Assembly (NCBI GenBank): GCA_964234715.1 | Contig: OZ174282.1 | Length of the DNA stretch: 64,000 nt | From: Podarcis melisellensis | Lineage: Eukaryota | Direction: 5' to 3' (one strand) | Shown here: one piece after another, positions 48,792-62,081 of the stretch | Numbering within the stretch: position 1 is the stretch's first letter | How the letters are laid out: every line of letters begins with the position of its first letter | Position numbers and translations under genes: made by a program | The notes under the pieces: generated by a model | Databases searched by the model: none | Seen by the model: the letters and a program-made list of their open reading frames with translations, nothing else | What the model was told of the DNA's origin: nothing

Positions 48792-50620
48792 TCTTCTCCC
48801 ATCTGAAACCCTGGAGTCACTGACAATCCGTGTAGATAATACTCAGCTAGCTGATCTGACTCACTCCACAGCAGCTTTCTATGTTCCGAGATGCTGAAAG
48901 CTTTGAACAGCTGCAAAGAGGGCATCCTCAGCAACAGCTTGGGCAAGTGCAGCAATACCCTCTGAACTTCAATGTGCTCCGCATTTAATGGAGACGTTGT
49001 CCAGCTGTTATCCCCAGGTGCTGCTCGGATAGTAAAGCGCCCTTGAATTGAGAGCTGCAGAAGATGCCGTAATGAATGATGGGGAAATAATAAATATCAA
49101 GACCTTGTCATGTTATTTATTGGAATGCATCCTGCAGCAGTTTCTCCCACTGAAGAATGCTAATTTTCAGTTTTATTGCTGACTCACAAACATCTGCACT
49201 TAGCTAGCATTAAAAGCAACAATGCACACTGGTGGAAGCAAAGAACAGTGGGTGACGTTTGACATGTACATGAAAACAAGATTTGCTTTTGTTTGCGTGC
49301 TTATTTGTTTTGTTTTATTTTGAAGGAGTGCTGATTCTATGGTTCGAACCAGGCCCTACAGAACTCAATACCATTATGCTCCAACTGCCCCAATCTCTTA
49401 TTTACCAGGGACAGCCCCTGTTTTCTGATATATGTCCATGGTACAGCGCTGACCCTATTTTTGTATTTTGGAGTAGGGTGCTTCCAGACTACCTCTTGAT
49501 TAGATGACATTGGCTGTTTAATAAGCATTCATTCTTGTTTGTTTGTGGGGAGGCTAGATGATGCTGTATCAAATCAGGTGTTATTCTACACTTTCCAGTG
49601 TGTTTTCCTACCACTTTCCTTATCACAAAACATACAATTTTTTTTGGGGGGGAGGGGTTGAGTCTGCTATGGAAGACCACCCAATCAACTATAGCTGCAC
49701 GATCTGAATTTTCTGGCCTATGATTGAATTCTTCCCCAAAATAGCAACAGTCTGGAAGCATCCTGAGGCTGCATAAACACATCGCTATTGAAATATCATC
49801 GGAATCATTTTTTCTCAGTGTGCTTTTGCACATAGCAGTTTGCAACAGTACACACCTTTGCAGGGCAACATCGTTTAAAGCAGCATCCACAATGACTGTA
49901 CACACAAGTGGGGTATTTGCACACACAAGTGGGGTGCAAGAATGCTTTTTATTAACCCCCCCTCAATTTGTGTTTTCAGAGCCCTTTTTTTCAGTCATTA
50001 GAAAAAGATGCTGATAAATAAGCAGATATCTGTATTGGTAGACAGAGGCTGAGTTACTATACTGCTCCTGTTTTGCCTATTTCATTCACAGACAAGTTAA
50101 ACGTGGTAAGGTGGAGTCGCCCTGCCATGCACCACCAGTAGGTCTGTCCCAGTAGGAGGGTGAACTTGAATGTTGGGAGATTCAGGGCAGGCAAAAGAAA
50201 GTACTTCTTCATACAGCACAGTGTTCAGCTATGGACTTTGCAACTGCATGGTGACAGCCATTAACTTGCATGGTTTTAAAAGGGGATTAGTCAAATTCAC
50301 GGAGCATAAGGCTAAATAATATTTATATTTTATCGATTTACTTCACAGGATTTATAAACTGATAAATCATAAGAAACCTCAAAGCATTTATATAATTCCC
50401 CACATATATATATATGCAATTTAAAAATAATAATAACTCTCAAGTATCAGAAGCACCTGGAAAGGAGGATTGATTGTTAAAAAACTCTGGAAATTGTAAC
50501 TCAGGAAGGGGAAATAGGAGTCTCCTAACAACTCTCAGTGCCCTTAACAAACTATGGTTCTCAGAATTCTTTGGGGGAAGCCATGGCTATTTAAAGTGGT
50601 ATCATAGTGATTTAAATATA

Positions 50621-50846
50621 CAGTGGTACCTCAGGTTAAGAACTTAATTGGTTCTGGAGGTCAGTTCTTAACCTGAAACTGTTCTTAATCTGAGGTACCA
50701 CTTTAGCTAATGGGGCCTCCCGCTGCCGCCACACCGCCAGAGCATGATTTCTGTTCTCATCCTGAAGGAAAGTTCTTAACCCGAGGTAATATTTCTGGGT
50801 TAGCGGAGTCTGTAACCTGAAGCATCTGAAACCCGAGGTACCACTG
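50621..50846. mobile_element. Tigger-type MITE, copy 5, nested in a Harbinger-like MITE (about 50455-50864)
   Basis: TA TSD and TIR; the host sequence TTTAAATA|TATGGTGTGGATATGGCC matches the uninterrupted copy at 62082-62293. Confidence 0.9.
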
Positions 50847-51122
50847 TATGGTGTGGATATGGCCTTAAAAATGTGGCAGACTAGAAAACCAACTTGGCAA
50901 CATTTGGAGACATTCTATTTCCATGATTTAAGATTTCTCATAAGCTATTTTGAGGGTGTACGTTAAAAAAAATGAAGCAAAGAAGGGGTCACATTATTTA
51001 CCTAAAAGAAATATAAATAAATGGGAAATGAAACTCTTCTTCCTGCAAGCAATGCAGCTACAATTTAACATGCTGCTTAGTTCCCAAGCTCAGTTATGTG
51101 CACAGGCTGTGAATGCTTAACT

Positions 51123-51378
51123 CATGGGTGGGCAAACTAAGGCCTGGGGGCCAGATCCAGCCCAATCGCCTTCTATATCTGGCCCACAGACGGTCCGGGA
51201 ATCAGTGTGTTTTTACGTGAATAGAATGTGTCCTTTTATTTAAAATGCATCTCTGGGTGATTTGTGGGGCATAGGAATTCGTTCATTCCCCCCCCCCAAA
51301 AAAAAATATAGTCCGGCCCCCAGCAAGGTCTGAGAGACAGTAGACCAGCCCCCTACTGGAAAGGTTTGCTGACTCCTG
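51123..51378. mobile_element. hAT Charlie-type MITE resembling OposCharlie1/OC1 derivatives
   Basis: Termini CATGGGTGGGCAAACT...GGTTTGCTGACTCCTG; perfect TSD GCTTAACT; 3' part ATAGGAATTCGTTCAT...TATAGTCCGGCCC...GGTCTGAGAGACAGT. Confidence 0.85.
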
Positions 51379-51546
51379 GCTTAACTCCATAGGAGATCAG
51401 AGAAACAGAAAAGTGACCATCAGAGCCAGCCTCAGTTGCTCCCTGCCCCCACTTTTTGTGGAAAAGTCACACGGGTTCTTCAACTCTTCCTATGAATAGA
51501 TGAGATGAAATAAAATTTTATTTTCATCTCAAGGTAAGTTAGGCTT

Positions 51547-51549
<3 letters not shown>

Positions 51550-51586
<37 letters not shown>
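51550..51586. repeat. (TA)n microsatellite
   Basis: Perfect run. Confidence 0.95.
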
Positions 51587-51589
<3 letters not shown>

Positions 51590-53365
51590 TGAGACAGGGG
51601 TGAACCACGCTAGCCAGCTCTGGAAATACCACAGGCCTCAGGTTCCAAATAGCCATCACATTACTGGATTCATAAGGTCAAACTTTACAACCCAGTTACT
51701 ACCATAGATAATAATTCCTTCAGAGATTTTTTTTTATCTATATAATCTTTCTTATATTTGAACCATAAAAACTGTTTGCCGCCTCATTGCTGAAAAGAAA
51801 CAGGGAGGGAAGGCAAGGCTTAGTGAAATCTAGCCCCATTTTTCAAAGTCAAGCAACAGAACAGATTGTGAAGTATTTGGAGCCATCACCCAACAAAAAG
51901 TTTAATTTTTAGTTTAAATAAAGTAAAGGGTTGCATCCAATGTTGGATCTACCCTGAGTAAACTGACAGGAATAAATGAGCATGACTAATTTCGGCCCTT
52001 AAATTTCATTTGTCCTCCTGAGTAGAATGTATTTGGAAGTAGCCCCCAAACCTCTATAGGTTTATCTGCATACCAAATTTTTACACCAGCTGTCCTTTTG
52101 CTGTAAAAGGGGACAAATGCTACTTATGATAATGAAACACATACAAATAAATAAATACTGGAAAAAAATGATGATTGTAATATTTTATGGATTCTAGTTT
52201 TGAACCTTATTTGTTTTATTTGCTTATATTGTTTTCTGTGGCCTGCCCTGAGAGCAGATGTGATGAGAGGCGAGATATAAATTAAATTAAAGCTTACCAA
52301 GAAGTGCAATAAAACACAACGGTTAAACTGCAGTCCTAACCATGTCGACTCCAAATTGAGATCCACTGAATTCAGTGGGGCTCACTCCTGGGTAAATGGG
52401 GTTAGGATTGCAGCCTTACTCTTTATTTGTTTGTTTGCTAGTTCATTTACACTTAAGATGTTTTATATACTGTTTAATCAACAAATACTTCTAAGAGTTT
52501 TAGGTAAAGCAAAATAAAATAATTAAAAAATACCAATAAAATCAAACATTTTAAAGAAGTGGCTGTAAAATGTATCAAGATATAAAATAATAATCAGGAA
52601 TTGTAAAATAAACATGCATAATAAAATTACATTGTAAAACTATGTCTGGACAGTCTTGCCTAAACAAAAAAGGCTTTAGCAGGTACTGAAAACAATACAG
52701 CAAAAGCAACTGCCTCAGAGCAAAGGGCTAGCAGTTCTAGAGATTAGGAGCCGCCACACGGAAGGATCAATTTCTTGCATGTGTGAAATGAACATTATGT
52801 AATCTTTATCAAAGTCCTTTATATTTAAATAAATACTTACATTTAAATCAACTGGCAAATTGCGCAAAACTTGAACATAGGTCTTCTTTCAAAGATATTA
52901 AAAGGCACAGCTATTCTTAGGGTGAGGAAATTTACAATTTGATAAACAGAACCTGTCATTCATTGACATAAGGAGAAACCAACATGCAGGGGAGGAATTC
53001 TAACCCAGGCCTCCTCTGCACTACCACTTTAAAGAGCCAAGGCTTCACAACAAAGAGTCTGGGAGGTGTAGTTTGTTAAAGGTGCTGACAGTTCTTAGGA
53101 GACCCCCGCCCCAATTTCCCTCACTAGAAATCTCAGAGTTCCCTAGGAAGAGAGATTGATTATTAAACCACTCATAGAGTGGCTCCTGGGTTCTAGTGCT
53201 ATGACAAAGAGAGAAAATATCTTCTCAATCTGCTTTGCCCACACCATTCCTCGTTTTCTACACCCCTGTCACTTGTCCCCCATCCCTTACGCACCTTTTT
53301 CCTAAACTAAAACGATGCAAACATTGTAATCCAGCCTCCTATTCATTTGGTTGCCTTTCTCTATA

Positions 53366-53570
53366 CAGTGGTACCTCGGGTTACATATGCTTCAGGTTAC
53401 ATACGCTTCAGGTTACAGACTCCACTAACCCAGAAATAGTACCTCAGGTTAAGAACTTTGCTTCAGGATGAGAACAGAAATCGTGCTCTGTGGTGCTTCA
53501 GGTTAAGAACAGTTTCAGGTTAAGAATGGACCTCCGGAACGAATTAAGTACTTAACCCGAGGTACCACTC
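53366..53570. mobile_element. Tigger-type MITE, copy 6 (internal deletion)
   Basis: TA-CAGTGGTACCTCGGG...CCGAGGTACCACTC-TA; lacks the GC-rich GGAGGCCCCATTAG core. Confidence 0.88.
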
Positions 53571-54056
53571 TATTTTAATAGGCAGATTTGATCAATATGG
53601 TTTGCTTTTTAAAGGAACACTGGATTTGCCAGAAAATCTATTACTTCATTGCAACTTCCTTGCATCCCCCTCATGATGTAAATCTTCATTTCTGTTAAAA
53701 AATTCTGCAGACATCTGCGTACCTCCAAGTGCACACTAAGCACATTTCACCGAAGTATGTGTACGTGATCCTGGAATTTCTCTTCCCTAATAGAACATTT
53801 CTCTTTCTTTCTCCATGTTTTCTGCCAGCTATTTTGGAAACCGTTGTGGAGTTAAAGAAGACATGTAGCCACGTCTAAATGAATGTTGTAAAATATAATA
53901 CAGCATATTTCTTCCACATTCGGGGGGGGGGGGGTTGTTCATTTTGTCTTGCATAAGAATATGCACAAATCAAATCCTAAGTGATGACTTGCTTGGAATG
54001 AGATTATGCGTAAATACAAATTCTCAGAGATAAGCAACAAGACAATCTAGTTTTAC

Positions 54057-54303
54057 AGCATGGAAGATGGAGCAAGCTTGTTTTCTGCTGCTCCAGAGGG
54101 TAGGACCCAAATCAATGGATTCAAACTACAAGAAAGGAGGTTCTGACTAAACATGGTGAAGGACTTTCTGGCGGAAAGAGCTGTTCGACTGTCAAATGGA
54201 CTCAGAAGGTGATGGACTCCATGTCACTGGAGGTTTTAAATAGAGGTTGGATGGCTATCTGTCGGGGTTCTTTAGCTGAATTGTAGCTGGTTGGACTAGA
54301 TGA
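54057..54303 (+). mobile_element. CR1 3' fragment
   Basis: GAAGATGGAGCAAGCTTGTTTTCTGCTGCTCCAGAGGGTAGGACC (EDGASLFSAAPEGRT)...GGTTGGACTAGATGA. Confidence 0.85.
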
Positions 54304-56110
54304 TTGGAACCAGACTTACTCACGCTTAAGAGTATTAATTTATTATTATCAGATTTCAAACTTTGCCCACAGAATACTCGCCCAGTAAATTATTCAATAG
54401 GCCAACAAATGATCCTCTTTCTGCACACAGATCAGGCCAGGTCAGAGATATCATGCACTATAGTCTATTGCCCTCTGTGCAATTCAAGTAGGAATAGATT
54501 CCAGGGTCTCAAGCTCAGAGGCCATTCCCATCAGCTGTACCCTGATCCTTTTTGTTGGAGATGGCCAAGGATTGAACCTGGCACATTTCGGGGGAAGGGG
54601 GAATACTTGCTTTAGCACTGAGTGGCAGTAGAACCCACCCCCATGCCAGTTTCCTGGTGGAAATAAGCAAGGGGCAGAGGGAGGAGTTCTTTTCACAGAC
54701 GGGTAAACATACTGCAGCAGCAAGTAATAGCTCAGGATAGGAGAAATTTTCTTGGCAATGCAAAGGGTTCGAATCTCCTGCCCCGCTGGAATCCAGATCC
54801 ATGATTCCTCTACTGTTGGAGTTGGTTTGCTTCTGCATACCAGTCTGTCGGAAACTGCAAGAGGAGAGAATGTTGTTGTGCTCAGATCCTGCTTCTGAGT
54901 CTCCCACATGCATGTGGTTGGCCGCTGTGAAAACAGGATGCAGAACTAAATGGGCCATTGGCCTAAGAGAGCCGACTTCTCTTGTGTTCCTATAAAGTGG
55001 GGCCTCTGCTGTATTTAGAAGAAAACTGTGTTAGGAGATTCAATTGTGAACCTCAGAAAATGTGGCCAGAGGCTGAATTCAACATAACACTGAGGAGATG
55101 GTTCCATCAGTGCAAGTATTTCTGCTTGCCCGACAGGATGATCTCCCTTCTTTCCCCATCCTCCAAAGCAGGTGTGGGGAAGGCTCAGGGGGAGGAAAGG
55201 GGGAAAGCCCCATTGTGCTAATGCTAGTTGAATCTGACTGCCTATATTTAGATTGGAAGCTGGCAAGGACCTGGCAAAGTGTGGTGCTCAGGTCTAGAAT
55301 TAAAATAAACCGTAAAACATTGGAGTATCTCATAAAGATAATATGATAATGACCTATTAAAATTGTAATATTTATTACCCACCTCGCAAAGGGTGTTGTG
55401 GGAACTGAAAAAGTAATATTTGCACAACATTTGGGAAATGAAAAGCATTCCAGAAGTGCTAATTACCTACATTTGTTTTTGAGCTTCAGCTGAAACACCT
55501 TTTATTTCCTCTTTCGCCTATGTCGCTTAATTTTCTCTTTTGCTCAGGTATTGCTTCACTTCCTAATGTTACTATTCAGCATTGTAATGCATTATTTTGC
55601 AGCACGAGATACTGTTAATGGATATTTATTCAGGAAAGCATTCCCCCCCCCCCCTTGTAACCAAAGAATGCCATCTCTCTGCACTCAGATCTCAAGGGGA
55701 GTGGCCTTTGGGGAAGGCTGGAATGTCCACTGTCTGAAACCCTCAGGATCTTCTGCCAGCCTGTGTAGATATTATGGAGTTTGATGGACCAATGGTCTGA
55801 CTTGATATAAGGCAACTTCCTTTGTTCTGCCAGCAGAACCAAATGTCCTGTGAGTGGGAGAGGAAGCAGGAAACCATAAGGTGAACTGTCCTTACTACTT
55901 TCTCCATCTATAGCTGCTTCACATTTGAGGCTGGATTCCTCCTCTTCTCAGAGAGGCCATCCCACACTGTGAGCAAGAGAATAGGAATGGGTAAGCTGTC
56001 GTCATGACCACCTCTTCCAATAGCCATTTCTTTTCCTGTTTTAGTGATATCTCGTTCTTATTGATCTCATCTAAGCCATTCTATGAGTCCTGTTGGCTGA
56101 AGAGTGGGGC

Positions 56111-56557
56111 AGAATAATAGAATAATAGAATAATAGAAAAGTAGGTTGGAAGGAACCCCATCTAGTCCAACCCACTGGAAGGGAGGAATCACAGCTAAAG
56201 AACCTCTGGCAGATGGCCACCTAACCTTTGTTTAAATACCTCCAACGACGAAGAGTCCACCACCTTCTGAGGTAGTCCATTCCACTGTAAAACAGCTTTT
56301 AGTATCAGAAAGTTCTTCATAATGTTTAGTTGAAATCTCCTTCCTTGTTATTTGAAACCATCGGTTCAGGTCCTATCCTCTGGAGCGGCAGAAGACAAGC
56401 TTGTGCCATCTTCTATGTGACAACTCTTCAGGTATTTGAAGTTGGCTATCATATCAACTCTCGGCCTTCTCTTTTCCAGAATAAGCATATCCAGCTCCCT
56501 CAACCTTTCCTCATAAGGCTTGGTTTCCAGACTCTTTATAACTTTTGTTGCCCTCCT
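56111..56557 (-). mobile_element. CR1 3' fragment with octamer tail
   Basis: ORF 56366-56749 contains RRATKVIKSLETKPYEERLRELDMLILEKRRPRVDMI; the tail appears as (AGAATAAT)3 on the plus strand. Confidence 0.9.
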
Positions 56558-58539
56558 GATAATGCTTAAAATCAGAGGTGGGGCCCTTGAAACCCAGGGG
56601 TTAAATGTGGCCCTCCAAGCTCCACTATGTGCCCCTTGGGATTGTTGCCACACCACCTCCCCAGGTGCACACTCTCCCCCCAGACCATTTCCCTCACAGG
56701 GGTTGGGGTAATTTGTCTGGGGCCACATATTTGGGACATGCATACTCAAGGCAACACCGGGAGATTATGGAACTAGGAAACAATGGATCTGTGTATTGCT
56801 GCTCCATGTGTCAAGCCTCTTGTTTACTGGTTGGGAAATTCCTGGGTCTCGACTCAGAGTATATTTCAGAAGTAAAGACTTTCTGGGCTCTAGGTGGCCA
56901 TTGTCATAATCAGGAAGGAACAGGACATATTCTGCCTAGGGATTCTGCTGTCAGCAGCCATATTCACTAGCTCAGACTCCTCTCTTGTGATTTGCGGTTT
57001 CAGGATTTCATTTCTTCCTCAGTGTTTGGCCGCAGCCCAGCTCTGACTGGCACTTACAACCATCTAGAAGGGTGGAATGGTAGAAAGAGGAAGGCTTGTT
57101 TGTTTGTTTGCTTGCTTGCTTGATTGTTTGTTGCATGATTGGTCTAAAGCTCCATTTCAGCCTGATTCCCAAGCTGAATATTTACGTGCTGAGTTACAAT
57201 ACCATGATCTCGCTGAACTCATTCTGCCCTCCCCAGCATGAGAGGAGGCCCCCATAGCAAGATGTTACTATGAACTCCCCAACAACCCATGATCGCTTCT
57301 CTTAAGATCCTTTGAATTCAAGATAGATTGAGCACTGCCAGCCTGCGAGCTCAAATTTTGAATTGTACTAAGGGGAAATAATAATAATAATTGAAAATAA
57401 ACAGTGAAACCTCCTAGGAAAATAAATGCAAGAGCTTTTTTGTTTTTTTTCTCTATGAAACAGCCCCCCTGCTGAGACAATCTGCTCTTTAGAGGCTTGA
57501 TATCTATTAACCTTCTTGAGACATCAGTTCAGGAACAAGGGGACAGTGTAGTAAGGCCTCAGTATCACTGAACCAAAAACAAAACCTTCAACTTAGCCAC
57601 AGATCATTAATACAAATGTACTGCATCAGGCTTAGATTGGTTCTCAGAGGAGTTAGGGGGAGACAAAATGAAGTTTTCTGGATGAATTAAAGACAAGCTG
57701 GTTCCCTCAGAAGAAAATTCTAAGGCAGGGTTTTTGTTTTGTTTTAAGTAGGGCTGGGGGGCAAGGCAGGCAGACAGTGATATGAGCAAAAAATAATGAA
57801 ATTGACCCAGACATTTGAGGATAAACTGCACTGTGGAATTGACCCACCCCTGACTTCAACTCATTTATCCAATTTTTCAGCACATTAGCCGCACTAAACT
57901 CTTGGAGCTTACTTTTTGTTAGACAGGACTATACTGATAATCTCTGACATCATCCTCCATTTAGAATTTCCCCAAATTAAAACACACACACGTCAGAACA
58001 GGGCTTTCTGAGGAAAATAAAATGGCAGTTTCATGGATTCTGTTTCCCCAAAAAGAATAAAAAAATGTGCAATAGCTATTACATTGGAGCATTAAAACAT
58101 TCTTAATTAAAATATATAATAAACCAAGTTAAAATAATATCAGAAGTTCAGGGGAAGGTGTGCCTCAACAGGTGTGTCTTCACACCTGGATGTGAAGAGA
58201 CTCCATGACAAGGACTAAGGCAACATTCAACAAGCCAAAATTTCCTAGGAGAAGGTAGATATGGATATAGGTATCTCTTCTGAGAATTTTCCTTTCCTTT
58301 TGGAGAATCCAACCTCCTTTCAGAGCAGATCCAGAGCAAAATGCTCCCTGCTTCCCATTTCACCATGCACAAACAGCGAGGAGAATTCTCAGAGGCCATT
58401 TGCTCTCTGCCCAACACTAACCCTCCTCTCCTTTCCAGACGAAAAATCTGCTGGAATTGCAGGCTGTCCCTGAATTGTGGGGGCTCCCTCCCCCCTTTTT
58501 GGCCATAAGTCCTTTGACCAGCACCACCCCCACCTTACA

Positions 58540-59280
58540 GGGTCGTTTCCTTTCCAGAAAAGCTAATTACTACTTCCAGCCTCCTCCCGTTAGCGAAGCT
58601 TGATCTGTTTACTCAAAAAATAATTATGACATTCCATCCATAAATCTCTGATAATGTCAGCATTGTACTGATGGAATTATGACGTCCTGGGACAAATTGT
58701 CTGACCTGCTTTCTGTTTCCCACCACATAATTAAGGTAGTCGTGTGTTAAAGGAAGTAATTTTGTTCAAAGCCTCGGGATCAACGGTGCCGGGCCTTTCG
58801 CCTCTCTCGCTAACAGCTACTAGGCCCGCAACATGTTTCCCACTAGCAGTGGGGGCCCGCATGTCACTGCGAGTAAGCAAGGCCACTAAAACAAGAAATT
58901 GGCATTGTTTTTGCTGAAGCTTAGCCAGGGATCCAGACAAAACACGGCCTTATTCTCCCGAGGCTTTGAGCAAATAAGTTAATAAACGATGACAGGGCGT
59001 GTTTAAAAGCACCAGAAAGCCTAACATGCTTTCTCCCTCCCGTTCGATATTAGGTAACAGGGTTTGTTTCCTTTCCGCATGTAAAGTGTGGGTGGCTAGT
59101 CACAGATTGCCGCTTTCTCTCCCTGTGTGCTTTCTTTGTGTGGGAAGAAACTGAAGTTGCCCTGCGGAAAATATTTAGGCAGCCCCATTTTGCTGACTCT
59201 GAATCTGGTTTTTATATTTACTGCCGTCGTAATTCTGGCTGTACGTTCGCTGCAACAGGGTTTGCGCTTATCTGATTTTG
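58540..59280. promoter_or_regulatory. Putative conserved non-coding element / enhancer
   Basis: Repeat-free with retained CpGs; GCTAATTAC, TGTTTAC (FOX), TAATTATGAC, ATGACGTC (CRE-like), CATAATTAAG, TGACAG. Confidence 0.45.
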
Positions 59281-61447
59281 TTTGTTTGTTTGTTGTTATA
59301 AATCTTTATAAACCACCAACTCATGGTACGATGGAACCAATAAAAAGTCGAACACTTAGTAGATCATGAAATACTGCATGGCTCTTTTTAGGGTGACAGT
59401 CAGTTCGTGACACCCAGGCAGTACTTAGGCATCTACGTGGGTTAACAATGGTGGCAGAGAGACGCTCTAAGAGGCTCCCCTGCGTGTGTTTTAGAACCCC
59501 GGCTTTCCCAGCTGCTGTCCCTCTGCATGTTCACTTAACCCCAAATAAGAACACCCTGTCAAAGTGAGATCTGTTCTTATGGAAGACCTCAGCCTACAAT
59601 CAGTCACTGATGGTGGAGCAGGACCTTCGGTCAGTTGCATCACTGTTGCTTACTGGGAGGGAGAGGGCTAGGTGGCAACCAGGCAGACGTAGTGCAAAAA
59701 CACAGAATTGCCTCTGCCAGTGTGTTTGCAGCGCAGCCTCGCCCCTCTCCCCCTACCTGCCGTTAAGCTGCAGTGATGCAACTGACCGCAGTCCAGGTGA
59801 TCCATGCCACCCCACCAGGCCATATGCCATTGCCTGCAGCCATAGGTGGTTCAAGGAGGCAACACACCATTGGCTGCATAAAGGACTTCAGGATTCATTC
59901 ACCATTATTTACTTCATTTGTTTACCTTTATTTACTTAATTTCATTTACGAATTGCTTCCCCTGAAACATCCCAAAGCAATTCATGATGAAAACCTGCCC
60001 TCTGCCTTGCAGGCCTGTTCCCTCCTGGCCTGGGAGGGCAGGGGCCTGACTGACTCCAGCTACAAAAGCTGAGGCTGCTGAACGGACACTTTGGCTGGGG
60101 TGATGTTTGGGGGTGGTGGGGGGCAGGGGGTTGTTGTTGTTGCTGTTAGTTTTATGTGTCTTTATTTTAGATCTTGTGCTTTATTTGGAGATGGATCAGT
60201 TTGGTTGCATGTTTTTGATGCTTTATTTATTGTTTACGGCAGCTTTTGTTATGTTGCAGTAAATGGGTTTTTTCATGTTGTAAGCTGTTTTGAGCACGGT
60301 TTGAACTGCAGAAAGGCAGCATACAAATAAAATTATGCATGTATGATGGGGTGGTCTCTGCAGGAGGCCCTCTCTTGCAGTGCTCAGCGATCTGTTGGGT
60401 ATGGAAAGGGTGAGTTGATCTTTCAGGTATTTGATCTTTTCAAATGCATTTTGTCATCCACCCTCCCTCCGCCCCTGAGCTGCAAACCTCACGTTGCTTT
60501 TAAACTATATAAAAGTGGTGCAAGCTCCCAGCCAACGAGGGCCTGGCATGGTCCTGGAACACAACCTCCTGGCCTTGAGGTGGGAACCCTCCCTGGTGGG
60601 TTTGCCTGACACAGCCACGCACCCTGCCTTGAGTTAACACAGTCACAGCCATTTCTGTCCAGTGGAAATAATGACTTGCAGGAATGCAGCTTGTTGGGAG
60701 AGCTTGCTGAGATTCCAAACATGTGGCAATTTACGAGTGTCAGCACAGGGGTCCCCCTCCTCTTTCCCCTAAAACACACACACACACACACACACCCTTT
60801 GTGCAGAACGTGCTGTGCATTATAGTCAGAATCCCCCTAAGGGTTTACCACCATGGCTGTCCCACAGAGACCATGTTTGAGGCATCTCTGCTTTCTTTTT
60901 CCTATGCCTTCCTGCCGTGTTAATGCTCTGCGGTCCAAGCGACCTCCCCGATGGCTGTATGGCAGGGAGCATTTAGCAGGCTGGTTGCACTGGGGGAAAG
61001 CAGGCATGATTTCTGCCTGGTTTCACACACCCCCTCCTGAAAGTGTATGGTCCTACCGTCTGTTGAAGTTGCAGGCTCTTAGGTGAAACAAAAAACACCT
61101 TCTCTGTGGGAAGTCAAAGCAGTGAGTGGGGAGGGGATCATAGCAGACCTTATCTGTTGCACCCCTAGTCTTATGGAACCTCTCACCAAGGAGACCCACC
61201 GTAGCCCAGGTGTGCCTTTCAAAGGCCATTTCTCCTTGGCCTGTCATTGTCAGAATTTGAACCTGCTGGTTTGCTTCTCAGATTAACTGTCATTCCTGAT
61301 TGTGTAACCAATCTCCAATGGCATTTGCCCACATTCCTCCCTCTTTGCCTCTCCTTCCCACTTTTGTTTCACCCCACCCATGTCTGTTTTAGAGTGTAAG
61401 CACCTTGGGAGCAGAGACCTTTCTTTGTTGCTGGTGTAGCTCTATAC

Positions 61448-61583
61448 CAGTGTTTCCCAAACTTGGGTCTCCAGCTGTTTTTGAACTACAAATCCCATCA
61501 TACCTAGCTAGCAAAACCAGCGGTCAGGGATGAAGGGAATTGTAGTCCAAAAACAGTTGGAGACCCAAGTTTGGGAAACACTG
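61448..61583. mobile_element. hAT MITE (same family as 20654)
   Basis: TIR CAGTGTTTCCCAAACTTGGGTCTCCA; no matching TSD. Confidence 0.88.
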
Positions 61584-62081
61584 CTTGATGAAATGCAATG
61601 GAACACTGATGGTGTGGAATAAATATATCTTTGTGCCTGTGCTTGTAAAAGGCAGCCTTGCATTTGGGTAGAATTTGAAATGTACTGTATACTCGCTGGG
61701 ATTATGATTATAATTATGATCATTAGTCTGTGCATGTCAGACTGAATGGGTGTCCCTTAAGGGAACCAAGTCACACCTGCAGATGCCAGGGATTGAATTT
61801 GGGACCATTTCGTGCAAAGCAAATGCACTACCTTGGTCCTTCTCTGAAAGCAGCATATGAATAAGTAGATCATTCATGTCCACATAAGCCTTTTCTTTGT
61901 AATGCAATAGCTCCAGCCTATACTTTAGATACTCAGTTGCTACTAACATCTGCCTGGATGTTCAGAAGCACCACAGGGCAGATGGGGAAGGCTTATAGAG
62001 CTGAATAAAATGATGCAGGGTAGGGAATCTTTGGCCAAAAGATCAATCTTGGGCTGCCATGGAGTCCAACCTGGAGAGTGA

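Noticed and set aside
49489-49926. 145-aa ORF as a gene
   Set aside because: It shows at most a faint resemblance to decayed L2 RT (DD...W....LNP) and contains a 21-bp tandem duplication (49900-49935); there is no support for function.
51515-55553. Recursive splice sites (TCAAG|GTAAGT at about 51533; CTCAG|GTATTG at about 55548)
   Set aside because: The first has a non-YAG acceptor and the second a weak donor; neither matches YAG|GTRAG.
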